From NCBI GenBank assembly GCA_024679065.1, contig JAGIQG010000018.1, forward strand, positions 27,590,001 through 27,654,000: 64,000 bases of DNA, written 5' to 3'. Positions within the stretch are counted from its first letter, which is position 1. Each line of letters opens with the position of its first letter. The translations under genes and the position numbers were made by a program. Below the pieces are notes generated by a model. That model was not told where the DNA came from, searched no databases, and saw nothing but the letters and a program-made list of their open reading frames with translations. This DNA comes from Sphyrna mokarran (taxonomy: Eukaryota). Below are positions 37,470 to 50,362 of this stretch, in pieces.

Positions 37470-38275
37470 AGTCGGGTCAACTCTGTCCTGGATGGGAATG
37501 AATGAAACTTGTTTTTTTTTGAGGAGGTCTGATTTGGAATGGGCCTGAATTTGATGATCCTGCCAACAAGGTTTGAGGCAGGGGGTTGGGGAGCATGAAG
37601 CCACATGGATGGGATCCCGCTCACACTGATCTGAAAGCAATTTTAACGTGGGACAGGCAGACTCTCGAGGGGGGATCGGGGGAAGGCAAAGCCTGCCCTT
37701 GCCCAACTAAGGCCCTGAAGTGGCCATTTAATGGTCACTTCAGGGCCTTTTCATCCCAGCCTCAATTTCTAGAGTTGGGGCAGGAAATAGAAATATTTTA
37801 AAAGCTACATCTTGGATGGAAAGTGAAGGGGAAGGACACCTCCATCAGAAACCTCGTCCTGCTGGTTGATGCTTTCTCTTGAAGGCTCAGAGACAACCAG
37901 GTATGGGGAAGATGGGGGCTGGATTCAGCAGCCAGGATGGGAGGCACCCTGGAAAGGGGGCTCAAAATTTTTGAGGGGGAGGGGAGTGGTGAAAGTGGGG
38001 TGCGGAGGGTGGGGGCGGGAGGCCAGGGGAATGGGTCATCCTTTTGCCTTGCCTTGCCTCCATTTGGTCATGGGAGTTTGCCCTTTCCAACTCAAGGAGG
38101 CAGCCCGCCCTTTCCAATTCAAGGTCCAAGCAGGCTTACCTGCCTGGCTTCTCACCAATACCAACGTCCAATGAATTGGCCTCAATTGGGATGAGGGTGG
38201 GTAGGTCAGGCACCCATGGAATTTTATGCTCTTCCACCTCGCTACCAACACTGGGTATCGTATAAATTCTACCAC
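37470..38275. mobile_element. GC-rich non-autonomous DNA-transposon-like repeat
   Basis: GC/G-rich block with TAAGGCCCTGAAGTGGCCATTTAATGGTCACTTCAGGGCCTT palindrome; ends TAAATTCTACC. Confidence 0.45.
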
Positions 38276-39460
38276 ATGAATCTAAGCCATGAAACATCTG
38301 AACAATAAGAGATGATTCAGCTGAATATGTTTGTCATTTTGATGTATGATTCTTAGAAGCCCTATTCGATAATTCTATGATTTGGATACTTTTTTGTAAC
38401 ATGTTAAGGCAATGATTGCTTTATTATTAAGGTTCCCTCATTACTTTATTGGGTCAAGTCCAAAATGTCTCCACTTCCACTCCAGTAATTTCTTTGTGCA
38501 AGTTGGTATTTCTTGAAGATTCTTCCAGATTTGTTCAGTAGAACATCATTGATAATTCAAGCTTGTCTGACATAAACATTTTATCAGTATAAATTTCTCG
38601 ATTCTTGGTGTCTTGTGTAATAAGAGTAACAAACCTAATCCAGTCTGTACAATTGCTAAGTGCACTTGCTGCATTAAGTAGTTAGTTTTGTAAAATAGCA
38701 AAATGGCTCAATTGCTGTCTTGTTTAAGTGCATAATAATGGCAATTTTCTCCAGAATGAATAACTCTGCAGTCTGAATTCACACATTTTCAATAATTGGC
38801 CGCTGTGCTTGAATCTGCTGTATAAATGGGACTCTCTAAACTGTTTAATCTGCTTAATTATTGGAAATATAAACACTTCTACAATTTGTTGTATTACATC
38901 ATAGTTTATTAATGGTGTTGTTAAGTTTGCACCCCTGAAAGCTGAAAGGAATGTGTTCTGTTTAGCAGAGGTATCTAATCAGAATGAAGGGTAAATTGGT
39001 TCATTATTTTCATAGAATCCTTACGGTGCAGAAGAAAGCCATTTGGCCCATTGAGTTCTTGTACTAATTAATGAATAAATGTGAAGTTCAGTAATTCTCA
39101 TTACTTTTTTTTAATCAGAAGGGAACGAAGCATTGATTTGAATTCTGATATAATCACAAAACCAAAGGCAATTTACTTAATAACTTGCGGTACAATTCCA
39201 GTATTTTCTAATTTGATAACTGGTCAAATGTACAAGTTAGATTTCAAGTGATGTGGTTGTCTCTTGTTGTGCTTGACATCAGTCAGTCACTTCCTGCAAA
39301 TATTCATTGCGTGGAGACCCTGGCCCAGAGAAATTACTGCAGGAGCCTTAACTTGTTTAAAATATAAATGCTCAAGTCAAATACATTTGCTTCACAGATT
39401 AACTGATAAAATTAATGATCTGGTAAAAGATTGTAATGAGAGTCATGGAAAATAAAAAAA

Positions 39461-39807
39461 AGCAGCAGGGTTGCACAGTGGTTAGCACTGCTGCTTCACA
39501 AGTCCAGAGACCTGGATTCGATTCCCAGTTTGGGTCACTGTCTGTGTGGAGTTTGCACATTCTCCTCATGTCTGGGTAGGTTTCCTCTGGGTGCTCCGGT
39601 TTTCTCCCACAATCCAAAGGTATGCAGGTTAGGTTGATTGACCATGCTAATAAAATTGCGCCTCAGTATCCTGAGATGCGTAAGTTAGAGGGGTTAGTAG
39701 GTAAAATATGTAGGGATATGGGGGTAGGGCCTGGGTGGGATTGTGGTTGGTATAGACTCGATGGGCCAAGTGGCCTCTTTCTGTACTGTAGAGATCCTAT
39801 TCTATGA
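39461..39807 (+). mobile_element. HE1-like V-SINE, full length
   Basis: GCACAGTGGTTAGCACTGCTGC head; GATGGGCCAAGTGGCCTCTTTCTGTACTGTAG tail. Confidence 0.92.
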
Positions 39808-41386
39808 GTCTGCACCAACTGTGTGGCAGAGTGTTGACCTAGGCCCCCTCCACTTCCCTCTCCCCACAGGTTACAGTGCTTTGTATTTGTTGAATGCTGA
39901 GTAAAACACAGTCCTTAAATGGTTAACCCAAGATGTTGCGTGGGAATTTCCAGCCTTGCTTACACCAAGGCTACGTAATCTTATCAGAGGTCAATGGATC
40001 TTGGTATGGCCTGTGTCCTTCTGCTACGATTCCCGTGGCGGATGGGAAGATTCTGCCCACAGATAGGATTGAAGCCAATAGACTTGAGAAAGAGGGACTC
40101 TCATCTGTTCTTTCCTTCCTCCATGTGATAAATCTCAGGTCGAGAGATGGGAAAATATTTCAGCACCAACATTACAAATTAAAGCTACTCAAAAAGAAAA
40201 GTTTCATCTGTTTCCATCCAAGACTGAGTTGACCTGACTTTTGAACAAGTATTAAACTGGATGACCGGCGGTCTCACCTGAAAGCTGTAGATTTTAACAT
40301 TTAAACCAGGGGCCCGTTCATAGTATAGGATGCAATACAATATGACTTTTGTGGGTTGTGTGCATTATCTGCCATTAACCCTATATGAATTGGACTAAAA
40401 GGAACTGCTGCAGCATTAACTGACAGCAGGCATGGCAGGAAGATTAACAAATTAATGGAGTAATGTGTGAGGACATTATATTGGGTATGAATAAGCGGCC
40501 AGTCATTTGGTTGTGAAGTCCCTCACATGTGATTTTTCTTCAGAGGCGCATTCATCTTTCTGTTTGGGATACAGGATCAGATATACGGGTGTTCTCATCT
40601 GTGCACGATGACATACAACTGTGCACATGAATCACAGAATTGAAATGAGTGGTTTTCATGAAGTCTTTCCCCGCTATATTATGGATTTATGGATGATAGA
40701 GATGATGAAAGGTAATATAGCATGCAGGCATCACCATATGATGGCTGAGCAAAGTACAAAGAGTTTACAATAAGATACCGTGGGGTGTAATGCAAGCCAG
40801 ATCATAATGTTCTTTTTCTAAGGGCCCTCTTGTATATAATTTGCCACAACATAATTTTCAAAAGATCTCCTGTTGTTTGAAAGCTGCAGGAATGTGAATC
40901 ATTTTCATACCTGCTCCTGGTAATAGCTGACCTATTTGCTTGTGATGGGAAAGACCTGACGGAAATTGAAAGAAGCTGCCCTCCATGCTTTGAAAAAGCT
41001 GCTTATTGCAGAAGATTTTGAAATGCAATCTTATTGCATTCAGGAATTAACTCTTTCCAGTTCTAGCAAGTTGGAAAGCCTTTTGTTTCAATCTTCACAA
41101 GTAGAAGAGACTCGCTTCCCAACAGGCAAACTTTATCAATAATCAGCCATCAACTGAGGGGGTTAAATTACTCTTTTTTTTAAAATGGCATCAACTTTTT
41201 GCCCAACTCACGAAAGAAATATGTACTTTGATGTACAATTCTATACCACACAGGAGTAAATAGATTTTCCATCCTCTTGATACCTACTTTGTAACTTCTT
41301 TTTCATTAATGGGATGAATTGATTACAGAATACCAACTGCCTGCCTTTAGTTATCTTGACTTTATATTTAGTTTGTACTGCAATTT

Positions 41387-41665
41387 GGGGCCATGTGGTG
41401 GCACAGTGGTTAGCTCTGCTGCCTCACAGCGCCAGGGACCCAGGTTCAATTCCTGGTTTGGCTGATAGTCAGTATGGAGTCTGCACGTTCTCCCATGTTC
41501 GCATGAGTTTCTTCTGGGTACTCCGGTTTCCTCCCACAGTCCAAAAATTTAAATTCTCCCTCAGTATGCCTGAACAGATGCCGGAATGTGATGACAAGGG
41601 TATTTTCATAGTAACTTCATTGCAGTGTTAAAGTAAGCCTACTTGGGACATTAATAAATAAACTT
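41387..41665 (+). mobile_element. V-SINE with type-2 tail
   Basis: Standard head; tail CCCTCAGTATGCCTGAACAG...AAGCCTACTTGGGACATTAATAAATAAACTT. Confidence 0.88.
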
Positions 41666-42194
41666 CAGCTGCCTTTCAAACTGTTTCAATGAGGAGTGTG
41701 TAGGATTTGGCATCTTTTACATTTAATTAAAATTTTCGAACTGAGAAGTTCATGGAACCTATTGAGCAGACGGACTTATTTCATTTCCAATTAAATTTTT
41801 CATTGAGTTTAAATGTCAATGTAAGAAATGCAGGTCCCTTTAAGATTAAATTAGGACTAGCTTCACAATGAAATGATGGGGATGTTCAATGAAGCTTGTA
41901 TTTAAGAGTTGTGGCTTTCCCCAGTAGTGGGTTTGCTCCTGGATAGAGAGGGGATCCAGAAGGGTTGAGTGTGCTGTATCACAATAAAGTAAATTATTAG
42001 GCCGTCTTCTGCTGCACATTGAGCTCAATGCAATAACTCGCCTTCTTGCATCCTGGCTACCCGTCATGATTTCAATCCGGTTTCTTCTGTTCCATTCCAT
42101 GTTATAAAGGTGTGAGTATCTCTTTAATGAATCAAGTAGAATTAATAGAAACAAATGTCTGTATGCACTTAAAATCCCAACAGTGTCCGTCCCA

Positions 42195-42436
42195 AAAACT
42201 ATCCCACACAGGCCTTAACCCTGTAACTCCAGGCATTTATGCTGCTAATCCCCTGACACAGAGGGGCAAATTAACATGGCCAATCAACCAAATCCACACA
42301 TCTTTGGCTTGTGGGAGGAATCTGGAGGAAACCCATGCAAACACAGAGAACGTGCAAACTCCACACAGTCACCCGAGGCTGGAACTGAACCCGGGTCCCT
42401 GTGAAGCAGCAGTGCCATCCGTGGTGCCACCATGCC
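42195..42436 (-). mobile_element. HE1-like V-SINE, tail truncated
   Basis: Antisense V-domain and head (GTGCAAACTCCACACAG...GTGGTGCCACCATGCC). Confidence 0.85.
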
Positions 42437-44035
42437 TGTCTGCAAATCTTGCTTCCTGTTGTCATGCTTGTGTCTTTCTTTGGTGACATCTTTCTCCTCA
42501 TGATAAATTCCTGTCTCCAGAAAGAAAATGGAAACAGTCAATTACACCCTCCAGCCAGTGATGATGCTGTAGCTCCACCCATCTCCTATCTTCCCAACTC
42601 CTCAACCCACACCCAGTGAATCTCATACACCCCAAACCAGCCGAACCTCACTGCTTCAAAAATGACTGTCAATTTTACAATTTAACTTTAATAATGTAAT
42701 TGATATACAAATAAGTTTAGACTGAATTAAATCTGTGTATCCTAATACTTTTTTTATTCTTTGGTATGTGAGGCCAGCATTTGTTACCCATCCTTCACAG
42801 GGAAATTATAGGGAGGGTTATTGATTATAGAGCTAATGTGGGATTTTCATTTTGCTGCATAGGATGGGATAGTAGTGGTGTAAAGAGTGGTGAGCAGGAA
42901 GAGTTTTTGATGTTTGTTCAGGGGAAGTTCTAACGAGGAAATTGGAGATTTGGTATTGGGGAATGAGGTGTGTCAAGTGAATGGAGCTTCAATAGGGGTA
43001 CATTGAGGACAAAATGATCATAGTATCAGTAGGTTTAGAAAATATAAGGGGCAATCTAGATTAAAACTGCTAGTCGGGGGGAGAAGGAGAATTTTTATTA
43101 GGTTGAGAATGGATCTGTCTGAGTTAATTAGAGTCAAAGATTAGTATGCAAAACTGAAATTCAATAATGGATTGCCTGTAAAGTGAACTTGGTTCAGCCT
43201 TAAGCGAGAAAGGTTGGGCAACCGAGACAGAGAGTCTTGGAAAACGAGGGGTAGAATAATTGAAGAAGAAAAAGAGGAAAAAAAAACACATGATTGATAA
43301 TTCAAGTGAAAAGCAGCCTTAATTTTGAAAATTTAGAGAGGAAGAGGGGAAAAAGGGAAATAGAAAGGCAAAGAGCGAGTATGAGAAGAGACTGGCAGCT
43401 AATAAAATATGGATTTGTTTTCCAAATTTCCATATGTTGCAATTATATAAAGTTCTCATTGGACCTGGGAAATAGAGGTGCTTGAGGGGTGTTGTAACAT
43501 GTCTTAAGGGAAAATATCACGTGACTCTCAACATTAGATTTTTCTCCAGTTCCTCACTAATCCTTCCTTTGCTAAACCGCTTATGCTATACTAACCCTTA
43601 AAAGCATATTGTAACATAATGAAAGGAAGTGGTAGTATTAATGGAGGGAATTACTTTGCCTCATGATGGGTGCCAGAGCATATCAGCGCAGCCTTAAATT
43701 TCGAGCTAGAGTTGATATCAGGAAACACCACTTTTTATATAAAGGGTAATGGGATCCTCAACATTCTCCCAATAAAACTGTTGAGCTTTAGGTGAATTGG
43801 AAATTTCAAATCCGAGATTAGTGAATGGATTCATAGGGAATATAGTACTGTAGCCAAGGCTGTTAGTTGGGGTGAAGGTACATATCAGCCATAATCTAAT
43901 TGAATAGTAGAATTAGCTTGAGGGTTGGATGGCCAACTTGTGTTCCTATTTTCCTAAATATTGTAATAATAAGGTTAACAATGTTGAGGGATTAGATTAG
44001 ATTAAATTAAATGGGTTGATGAGCTTTTTTCAAAG

Positions 44036-44089
44036 TGAAGCTATCTGGTTTATAGTGAATAGAAAGTTTAACTCCCTGCGGCACAGCAG
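44036..44089 (+). CDS. Candidate short exon (alternative acceptors at 44036, 44056, 44063)
   Basis: Donor CAG|gtaagc; open frame EAIWFIVNRKFNSLRHS; acceptors are only moderate. Confidence 0.25.
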
Positions 44090-44619
44090 GTAAGCTTGCT
44101 TTTGTTACATTTGATATTGATGGTCCTACAACTGTTTGATTTTCAAATTCACCAAATTGATTCTCGGAGATTTTTAAAACAGTCTGTGGGCTTCTGGAAA
44201 GAATCTACCCCAGGATATGCTTCTCTGATGGAATTTTGAATGTATAATATTCATCGTAGCATTTTTATCTTGGTTACAGTATTATGAGTTGGTTCATACC
44301 AGAGGCTGTTTGCTGTGCAAAGTCTCCATTCTATAAAGCTAATCACATTCAATACAATGACTCTAATAAAGTAGTCACTTTCTGAAAAGTCCATTTGAAA
44401 CATGAACTCTGTTTTTAATTGGGACATACAGTTACAATCAGAAAAGTCGCAAAAGCATAAGAAAATCCAAAGTGATGAAAGATCATTCAGCCCATCTAAC
44501 CTATTCCATCCATGGTACATACCTGATTATCACACACTTCCTTCACATTTCAATTGTTGATATCCCACTTTAAGGGAACTCTAACATCAAGTAAGCCATG
44601 TCTGCTGGAATACCCTGAT

Positions 44620-44990
44620 CTCTCATTGATCAGATGAACTTAGAGCTTTGATTCATGTGTGGAACTTGGATGTGATTGCGGTAATGGAGACTTAGTTAAA
44701 GAGGGGCAGGACTGGCAGCCAGATGTTCCGGCATATAGGTGTTTTAGGTGAGACAAAGGGGAAGGCAAAAGTTGGGGGGGGAGTTACAATTCTGTTTAGG
44801 GAACAAATTACAGCTATACAGAGGGAGGACACCTTAGAAAAATCATGTCATGAGGTACTGCGGATAGAGCTCAAAAACAGGGAAGGAGACAGTCACTATG
44901 ATGGGGATGTACCACGGACACCGCTCCCTTCCTCCCCAACAACCCTCGGGACATTGAAGAATGGGTATGTAAGCAGATTCTGGGCAGATA
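44620..44990 (+). pseudogene. CR1 ORF2 apurinic-like endonuclease fragment
   Basis: DVIAVMET-like segment followed by KVGGGVTILFREQITAIQREDTLEKSCHEVLRIELKN (ORF 44723-45040). Confidence 0.8.
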
Positions 44991-45117
44991 TAGAAGTCCT
45001 AGAATCCCTACAGGACCTTAGTGAACAACAGGAGCAGTAAAGTATTTACCTAACCAATGGTATCTAGTAATTGTGAAAAAAAACAGAAGAATGATGGATA
45101 AGGGAATATGTACAGAT

Positions 45118-45262
45118 TATGTTGATTGGCCATGCAAAATTGACCCAATTTTTAGGGATTATCAGGTTAGATATGTGGGGTTATGAAGATAGGGTGGGGA
45201 TTGTTGTCAGTGCAGGCTCATTGGGCTGAATGGCCTCCCTCTGTACTTTAAGGATTCTATGA
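45118..45262 (+). mobile_element. 5'-truncated HE1-like SINE
   Basis: TTGATTGGCCATGCAAAATTG...GGGCTGAATGGCCTCCCTCTGTAC...GATTCTATGA. Confidence 0.8.
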
Positions 45263-45869
45263 TTCCAAATTACAATTAATCTGGGCATAGAAAGAGGGAC
45301 CTCTTGAATGGGAGGCAAACAGAGGGAAAGGAACCACATATCAGTGCAGACTTGATGGGCCAAAGGATCTGTTCCTGTGCTGTATTGTTCTTCGCTTTTC
45401 AACAATGACAAGGAAAACTATTGTATCAAGAAAGAAAGCGATCATATAAAAAGTAATAAAAATTATTAATACTTAAAAAATTGACATTGAAGACGCTGAA
45501 GAAAATTCACCATCTGAAGAATGACAATTAAAATTGAACCAGTGAGATGGAGTTGTGGTACAGTAATGATTAGCACATAATTAATTAGGTACTTACACAG
45601 TTGATTACCAGAATTAGCTTTTTGTGGCACGGTTAATGTGTGATAAAACAGCAAGTTCTTAAAAAGAAATGCGGAGGCTGAGAGCGAGACATTGTTTGTG
45701 CAAAGCAAAGAGTGTAAGCAGCATCAACCTACCAGAAAGTTCTGAAGTTATGCAAAACTCAGAGCATTTCTTGAGCTCTGAAACATGCTGGCGGATCCAT
45801 GCATCAGTACCATGCCATTTCTTCAGCAAGATCCGTTGTTTAAATGACTAACTGATTGTGCCATCACTC

Positions 45870-46080
45870 AGACTACTTATTTCTATCTCTGTAACACTGT
45901 CCTGCTTCAGCTCAGCTCACCTTACTGCTGAAACTTTCTTCTATACCTTTGTTACCTCTCATTAGCTACTGCAATGCATTCCCGATCTCCCATGCTCAAA
46001 TCTCTGTAAGCTGGACCTCATCCAAATCCCTGGTGCCTATTGTCTTAACTTGCACCACATCCTAGTCACCCTTCATCGCT
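45870..46080 (+). mobile_element. L2-like LINE RT fragment
   Basis: GCTGAAACTTTCTTCTATACCTTTGTTACCTCT...CTACTGCAATGCATT resembles AETLIHAFVTSRLDYCNAL. Confidence 0.55.
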
Positions 46081-46084
46081 ATGC

Positions 46085-46795
46085 AATATAAAATAATGGA
46101 TACAATTCTAAAGGAGGTGCGTGAGCAAAAAGATACAAGGGCATGAGTGCACAAATCACTGAAGGTGGCAGGACAAGGTGAGAAGGTGGTTTTAAAAAAA
46201 GCATAGGGCATCCCAAGCCTTATATGTAGAAGCACAGAGTATAAAATAAGGAAGGCATGATGCATGTTTATAAACACTGGTTTGGCCCAAACTGGGTTAT
46301 TGTGTCCAATACTCATTTCAGGAAGGAAGTGAGGCTATGAGGAAGGGTGCAGAAAAGATTTTATGAGAATGATTCAGGGGATAAGGAACTTCACTTCTGT
46401 GGATCGATCAGTAAAGCTAAAAGGAAATTTGATATTTTGTTTAAAATCATGAGGAATTGAGACAGTATAGATAAAACAAAACTGCTCCTGTTGTCGGAGT
46501 GGTTGAAAACCAGATGTTACAGACTTAAGGTGATTGATCAAAGAGCCAAAAGTGACATGAGAAAATAGTGTTTTTTAATGCGACACAGAGAAAGGATGTG
46601 GAAGGCACTGTCTGAGAGAGCAGTGGAGGCACATAGAATCGAGGTTTTTGAAGGGGAATTGGGTAAGCACCCAAGGATCAAGTTTTCTTTTCTGGTGCAA
46701 GGAAAGTGCAGAGCTGTAATTATTATTGCAGTAACTGGCAAAATCTGATGGGCTGGATGAGCTCCTTTCCGTGCTGTATTTCATTCTGTGATTCT
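46085..46795 (+). mobile_element. CR1 LINE RT C-terminus and 3' UTR, degenerate
   Basis: TATAAACACTGGTTTGGCCC...GGGTGCAGAAAAGATTT...GATGGGCTGGATGAGCTCCTTTCCGTGCTGTA. Confidence 0.8.
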
Positions 46796-47484
46796 TTTTG
46801 ATGATTAAAACACAAATTCTCCCAGATGAAGGGAGATATTTGATTCTTGTGGCCACATAGTGCTGGAACAATGGACAGTGAGGATGATTATTAGGTTGTT
46901 TCTTTTGAATGTGTTTACTGCTGTTTGGGATTGCAATACCAACAATATATAAAGATCATCTATCTTGATAGGTTTCGTGGCAGCCAGTAATACAACAGCA
47001 GCAGAGATTCAGAGCTTGAGTTCAATTCCTCTGCACGCGTAAAGAGTTCACATACCGGATAAGCAATACAAATTGAGTGCCGGAGCTATGTGGTCCTGCT
47101 GTTTTGATTCCACAGTGAAAGAACAGGGAATTAATGCCTCAGTAATACATCTACAGAATACGCGTCACAGTCTGAATATTGAAACAAATGAACATCCTTC
47201 AGCTGGTGTCTCTGAGCCACGGCCAATCAGCAATGCCTCGATGGTATATGCACTGGTACCGGTTGTACAAAGGATGCAGGAATGAGGTTACAATGACAGT
47301 AACTCAGTGATGTGCATAATTGCTGATGAACTGTAAATGACAGACCAGCTGGCCCACTACCAACTTGCATCTGAGTGCTGTAAAGCTAATGACCTTGCCA
47401 AATACAATAAGTTAAGTGATGTGTGGCCTTGTGGGAGGGAAGAGGGGAAAGATAGAAAACGATAATTGTGTCAATAATACAATA

Positions 47485-47937
47485 ACACCGTGTTAGTTTC
47501 AGCTCTCTCACCTCTCAGTCACAAGGTTCTGCATTCAATTCCTGGACCAGAGGCTGGGCACAAAGATTAGTGCTGACACTCCTGTACGGAGGGGGTGCTG
47601 CACTGTCTGAGATGCTGCCTTTCAGAGATATTGAACTGAAGTCGCATCTGCTTACATAAATGGATGTAAAAGATTCCATGGTATTATTTGAAAAACAGCA
47701 GGAAAGTTATCCCAGTGTCCTTGCCAGTACCGATCCAGTAATCAACATCACACAAAAACACATTATCTGGTCATTATCACATTGCTGTTTGTGAGACTTT
47801 GCTGTGTGAAAATTAGCTGCTGTGCTTCCTTCATTACAACACCAAGTACAGTTCAAAAAAAGTGCTTAACTGGTTGGAAAGGGCTTGGAGACATCTGGTG
47901 GCTGTGAAAAGTGCTGTATGAATACAAGTCCTCCTTT
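47485..47937 (+). mobile_element. DeuSINE-like (SacSINE1/AmnSINE1-related) SINE
   Basis: tRNA-like head; Deu-domain-like GGATGTAAAAGATTCCATGG...CCCAGTGTCCTTGCCA; tail TGTGAAAAGTGCTGTATGAATACAAGT; tail fragment also at 33822-33977. Confidence 0.65.
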
Positions 47938-49142
47938 TATCTTAATTGAAGACAGGCATGGGAAATCGCAGAGACCAATGTGGTGCAAGAGAGAGATGAA
48001 ACAGGTAGAAGTTGTGGTGTGAAGATGAACAGGAATGGAGACAGTGGAGTGGAGTTGAGGAGAGCCTGAGAGTTAAGGGTGGGAGGGGATTAGTGTTGGA
48101 AGTTAAAGCTCAGCTAGAGGATAACTGAAGAATGAGATCAGGAATGTAACTTTGGGGCGTTGGGGAGAAAGAGGTAGACTGAGCATGCCTAGTAAAGTTA
48201 TTGTCTTTCTGAATAATTTTTAATACATTAATATTGTGTACAAATATGTTCATAAATTGTTGTGAAGTTATGAGCATTGATTGAGATGGGGCGAGGTGGG
48301 AGGAGGTAGGATGTGGTTGGGATCATGGAGGGTAGTTCGAGGCTGGCTGTGAACCATCAAGACCACTGCAGCAATTTTAATAACCTGCCCCTTTTACATA
48401 ATCCGGCCTCAGCAGGAAATGCCAGCCAGCAGACGGGAAGGACAGGGATCGGGAGGTGGAACGTTGTTGCAAGCAATTCGAGGTCATCCTCAGTGCACAA
48501 ACTAATAGGAAAGAGGCAATCACAGTTGTGGAGGCTGTTGGAGGGAACGAATGAAATGAGCCCTCTGAGACTGTATAAACAGAAACGGCTTTATTCAACA
48601 TGCATGAGGGAGAGCAGTACTTAGAGCTGTAATTTCAGTTTGTTCCTGAGCTACTGTCGTTATTCATAGATTCTTCGACATTGTGATACTTTTTCACATT
48701 ACTAGGCACTGTATTTTGATTAGGTAGACATATTGTTACTTTAAATTTATGAAAGTTCTGTTTTGAGCACATTATGCTGATCCATTGTCCTGTGTCCTTT
48801 ATCTTTAATCATTTTCTGATCATATCCCTGTCTACCTGTTTGCGATATCAAAACACTGCTGTTATCAAGCGGATTTGAATGGTTAATTGTCCCCATTTCC
48901 CTGACACTTGATTAGTTTTCCAGAGGCACAATGACTCCTCTAGACTTTTGGAGTTTTGACAAGTGATATTGATTGTCTTATTGTTGCTGTAACCTTGGAA
49001 AGATCTCACCTACGGTGTGATTGTTTAGTGCCATCTGGGATGTAGTTACTTGTAATTTGTTGTGTGTCTGCTTGCAATAAGTGTGGATACTACAGTCAGG
49101 CTGTCTGTTTAACCCCTTCCATTCTTTCCTTGCCTGCAACAG

Positions 49143-49174
49143 TCCACGTTCCCTATGTTGCCTGACTACAGAAG
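49143..49174 (+). CDS. Candidate 32-nt exon
   Basis: Branch-like tttaac, long pyrimidine tract ...ttccttgcctgcaacag|TCCACG...CAGAAG|gtaaag; open frames PRSLCCLTTE or STFPMLPDYR. Confidence 0.4.
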
Positions 49175-49500
49175 GTAAAGAAGGGAATTCCAGGACAAAG
49201 GAAACCCATTATATTAAATTAACTGACAGAAAGAAATCACACCATGTCAGGTGGAACACCAATTTTATACCCTGCCCAATATTACATCTCACTAATATCA
49301 ATGGATTTCACTGGCTCCCAATGGGTGGATTAAGTTAACATAGTTTCCAATCTTTTCTTGTTGGAAAAGGAGGAGCTTTCCTTCCCACAAGGAACCCTAA
49401 AATAAATTTTAAAAATTATTTTTGTTGTCCTTTTCTGCCCTGTTCCTGTTTGATCCCTTTCACTGGTGAGTTCCAGCATTGATATTTGTGAAGATGTACT

Positions 49501-49775
49501 CATAGATTCCCTACAGTGCAGAAGGAGGCCATTCAGCCCATCAGGTCTGCAGCGACCACAATCCATCCCAGCCCTTATCCCCATAAGCCTAGTTATTTAC
49601 CCCACTAGCGCCCTGAAACTAAGGGGCAGTTTAGCATGGCCAATTGACCTACCCTATGCATTTTTGGAATGTGGAGGAAATCCATGCAGACATGGGGAGA
49701 CAGTGATTCAAGCCAGTATTGAACCTGGGTCCCTGTTGCTGTGAGGCAGCAGTGTGTCAACCATTGTGCTGCCCC
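49501..49775 (-). mobile_element. HE1-like V-SINE
   Basis: CATAGATTCCCTACAGTGCAGAAGGAGGCC tail to CATTGTGCTGCCCC head. Confidence 0.9.
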
Positions 49776-49914
49776 GGAGACTTCTTAAGTCGAACAAACA
49801 AACTTTATTTCCAAGGTTCCTTCATTCACTGCATGCTTCAAGCTAGTCCATAGGATATTCTTTCCAATATGGAAATCTCCTTCCCTTGGAGAGATTCCCC
49901 ATGCTATTGTTGAT

Positions 49915-50200
49915 TGGTTCAGACCACATTTGACATGCTAGATTCAGAAAGAATATTCCTGATGGTGGGAAGTCCAGAACTAGGCGTCGTAGTAAGAGAT
50001 AAACCTTCTAGAACTGAGGTGAGGAGAAACTTCTTCACCCAGAGGGTGTTGAATGTGTGGAATTTATTACCACTAAAAGTAGTTGAGGCCAAAACATTGT
50101 GTGATTTCAATAAGAGATTAAATATAGCTCTTGAGACCAAAGGGATCAAGAGCTGTGGGAGGAAGGGGTGATCAGTATATTGAATTTGATGATCAGTCAT
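49915..50200 (+). mobile_element. CR1 LINE 3' fragment
   Basis: ORF 49914-50171 RTEVRRNFFTQRVLNVWNLLPLKVVEAKTL. Confidence 0.9.
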
Positions 50201-50208
50201 CCATGGTC

Positions 50209-50362
50209 AGTTTAAAGTTTATTTGTATCGCAAATAGACTTACATTAAAACTGCAATGAAATTACTGTGAAAATCCCCTAGTCGCCACACTCCAGCACCT
50301 GTTCAGGTACACAGGGAGAATTTAGCATGGCCAATGCCCCTAACCAGCACATCTTCCAGACT
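50209..50362 (-). mobile_element. 5'-truncated type-2-tail SINE inserted in the CR1 3' UTR
   Basis: AAAGTTTATTT...CTAGTCGCCACACTCCAGCACCTGTTCAGGTACAC; CR1 tail resumes at ~50366 (ATGAATGGCAAAGCAAGCTCGAAGGGCC). Confidence 0.8.
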
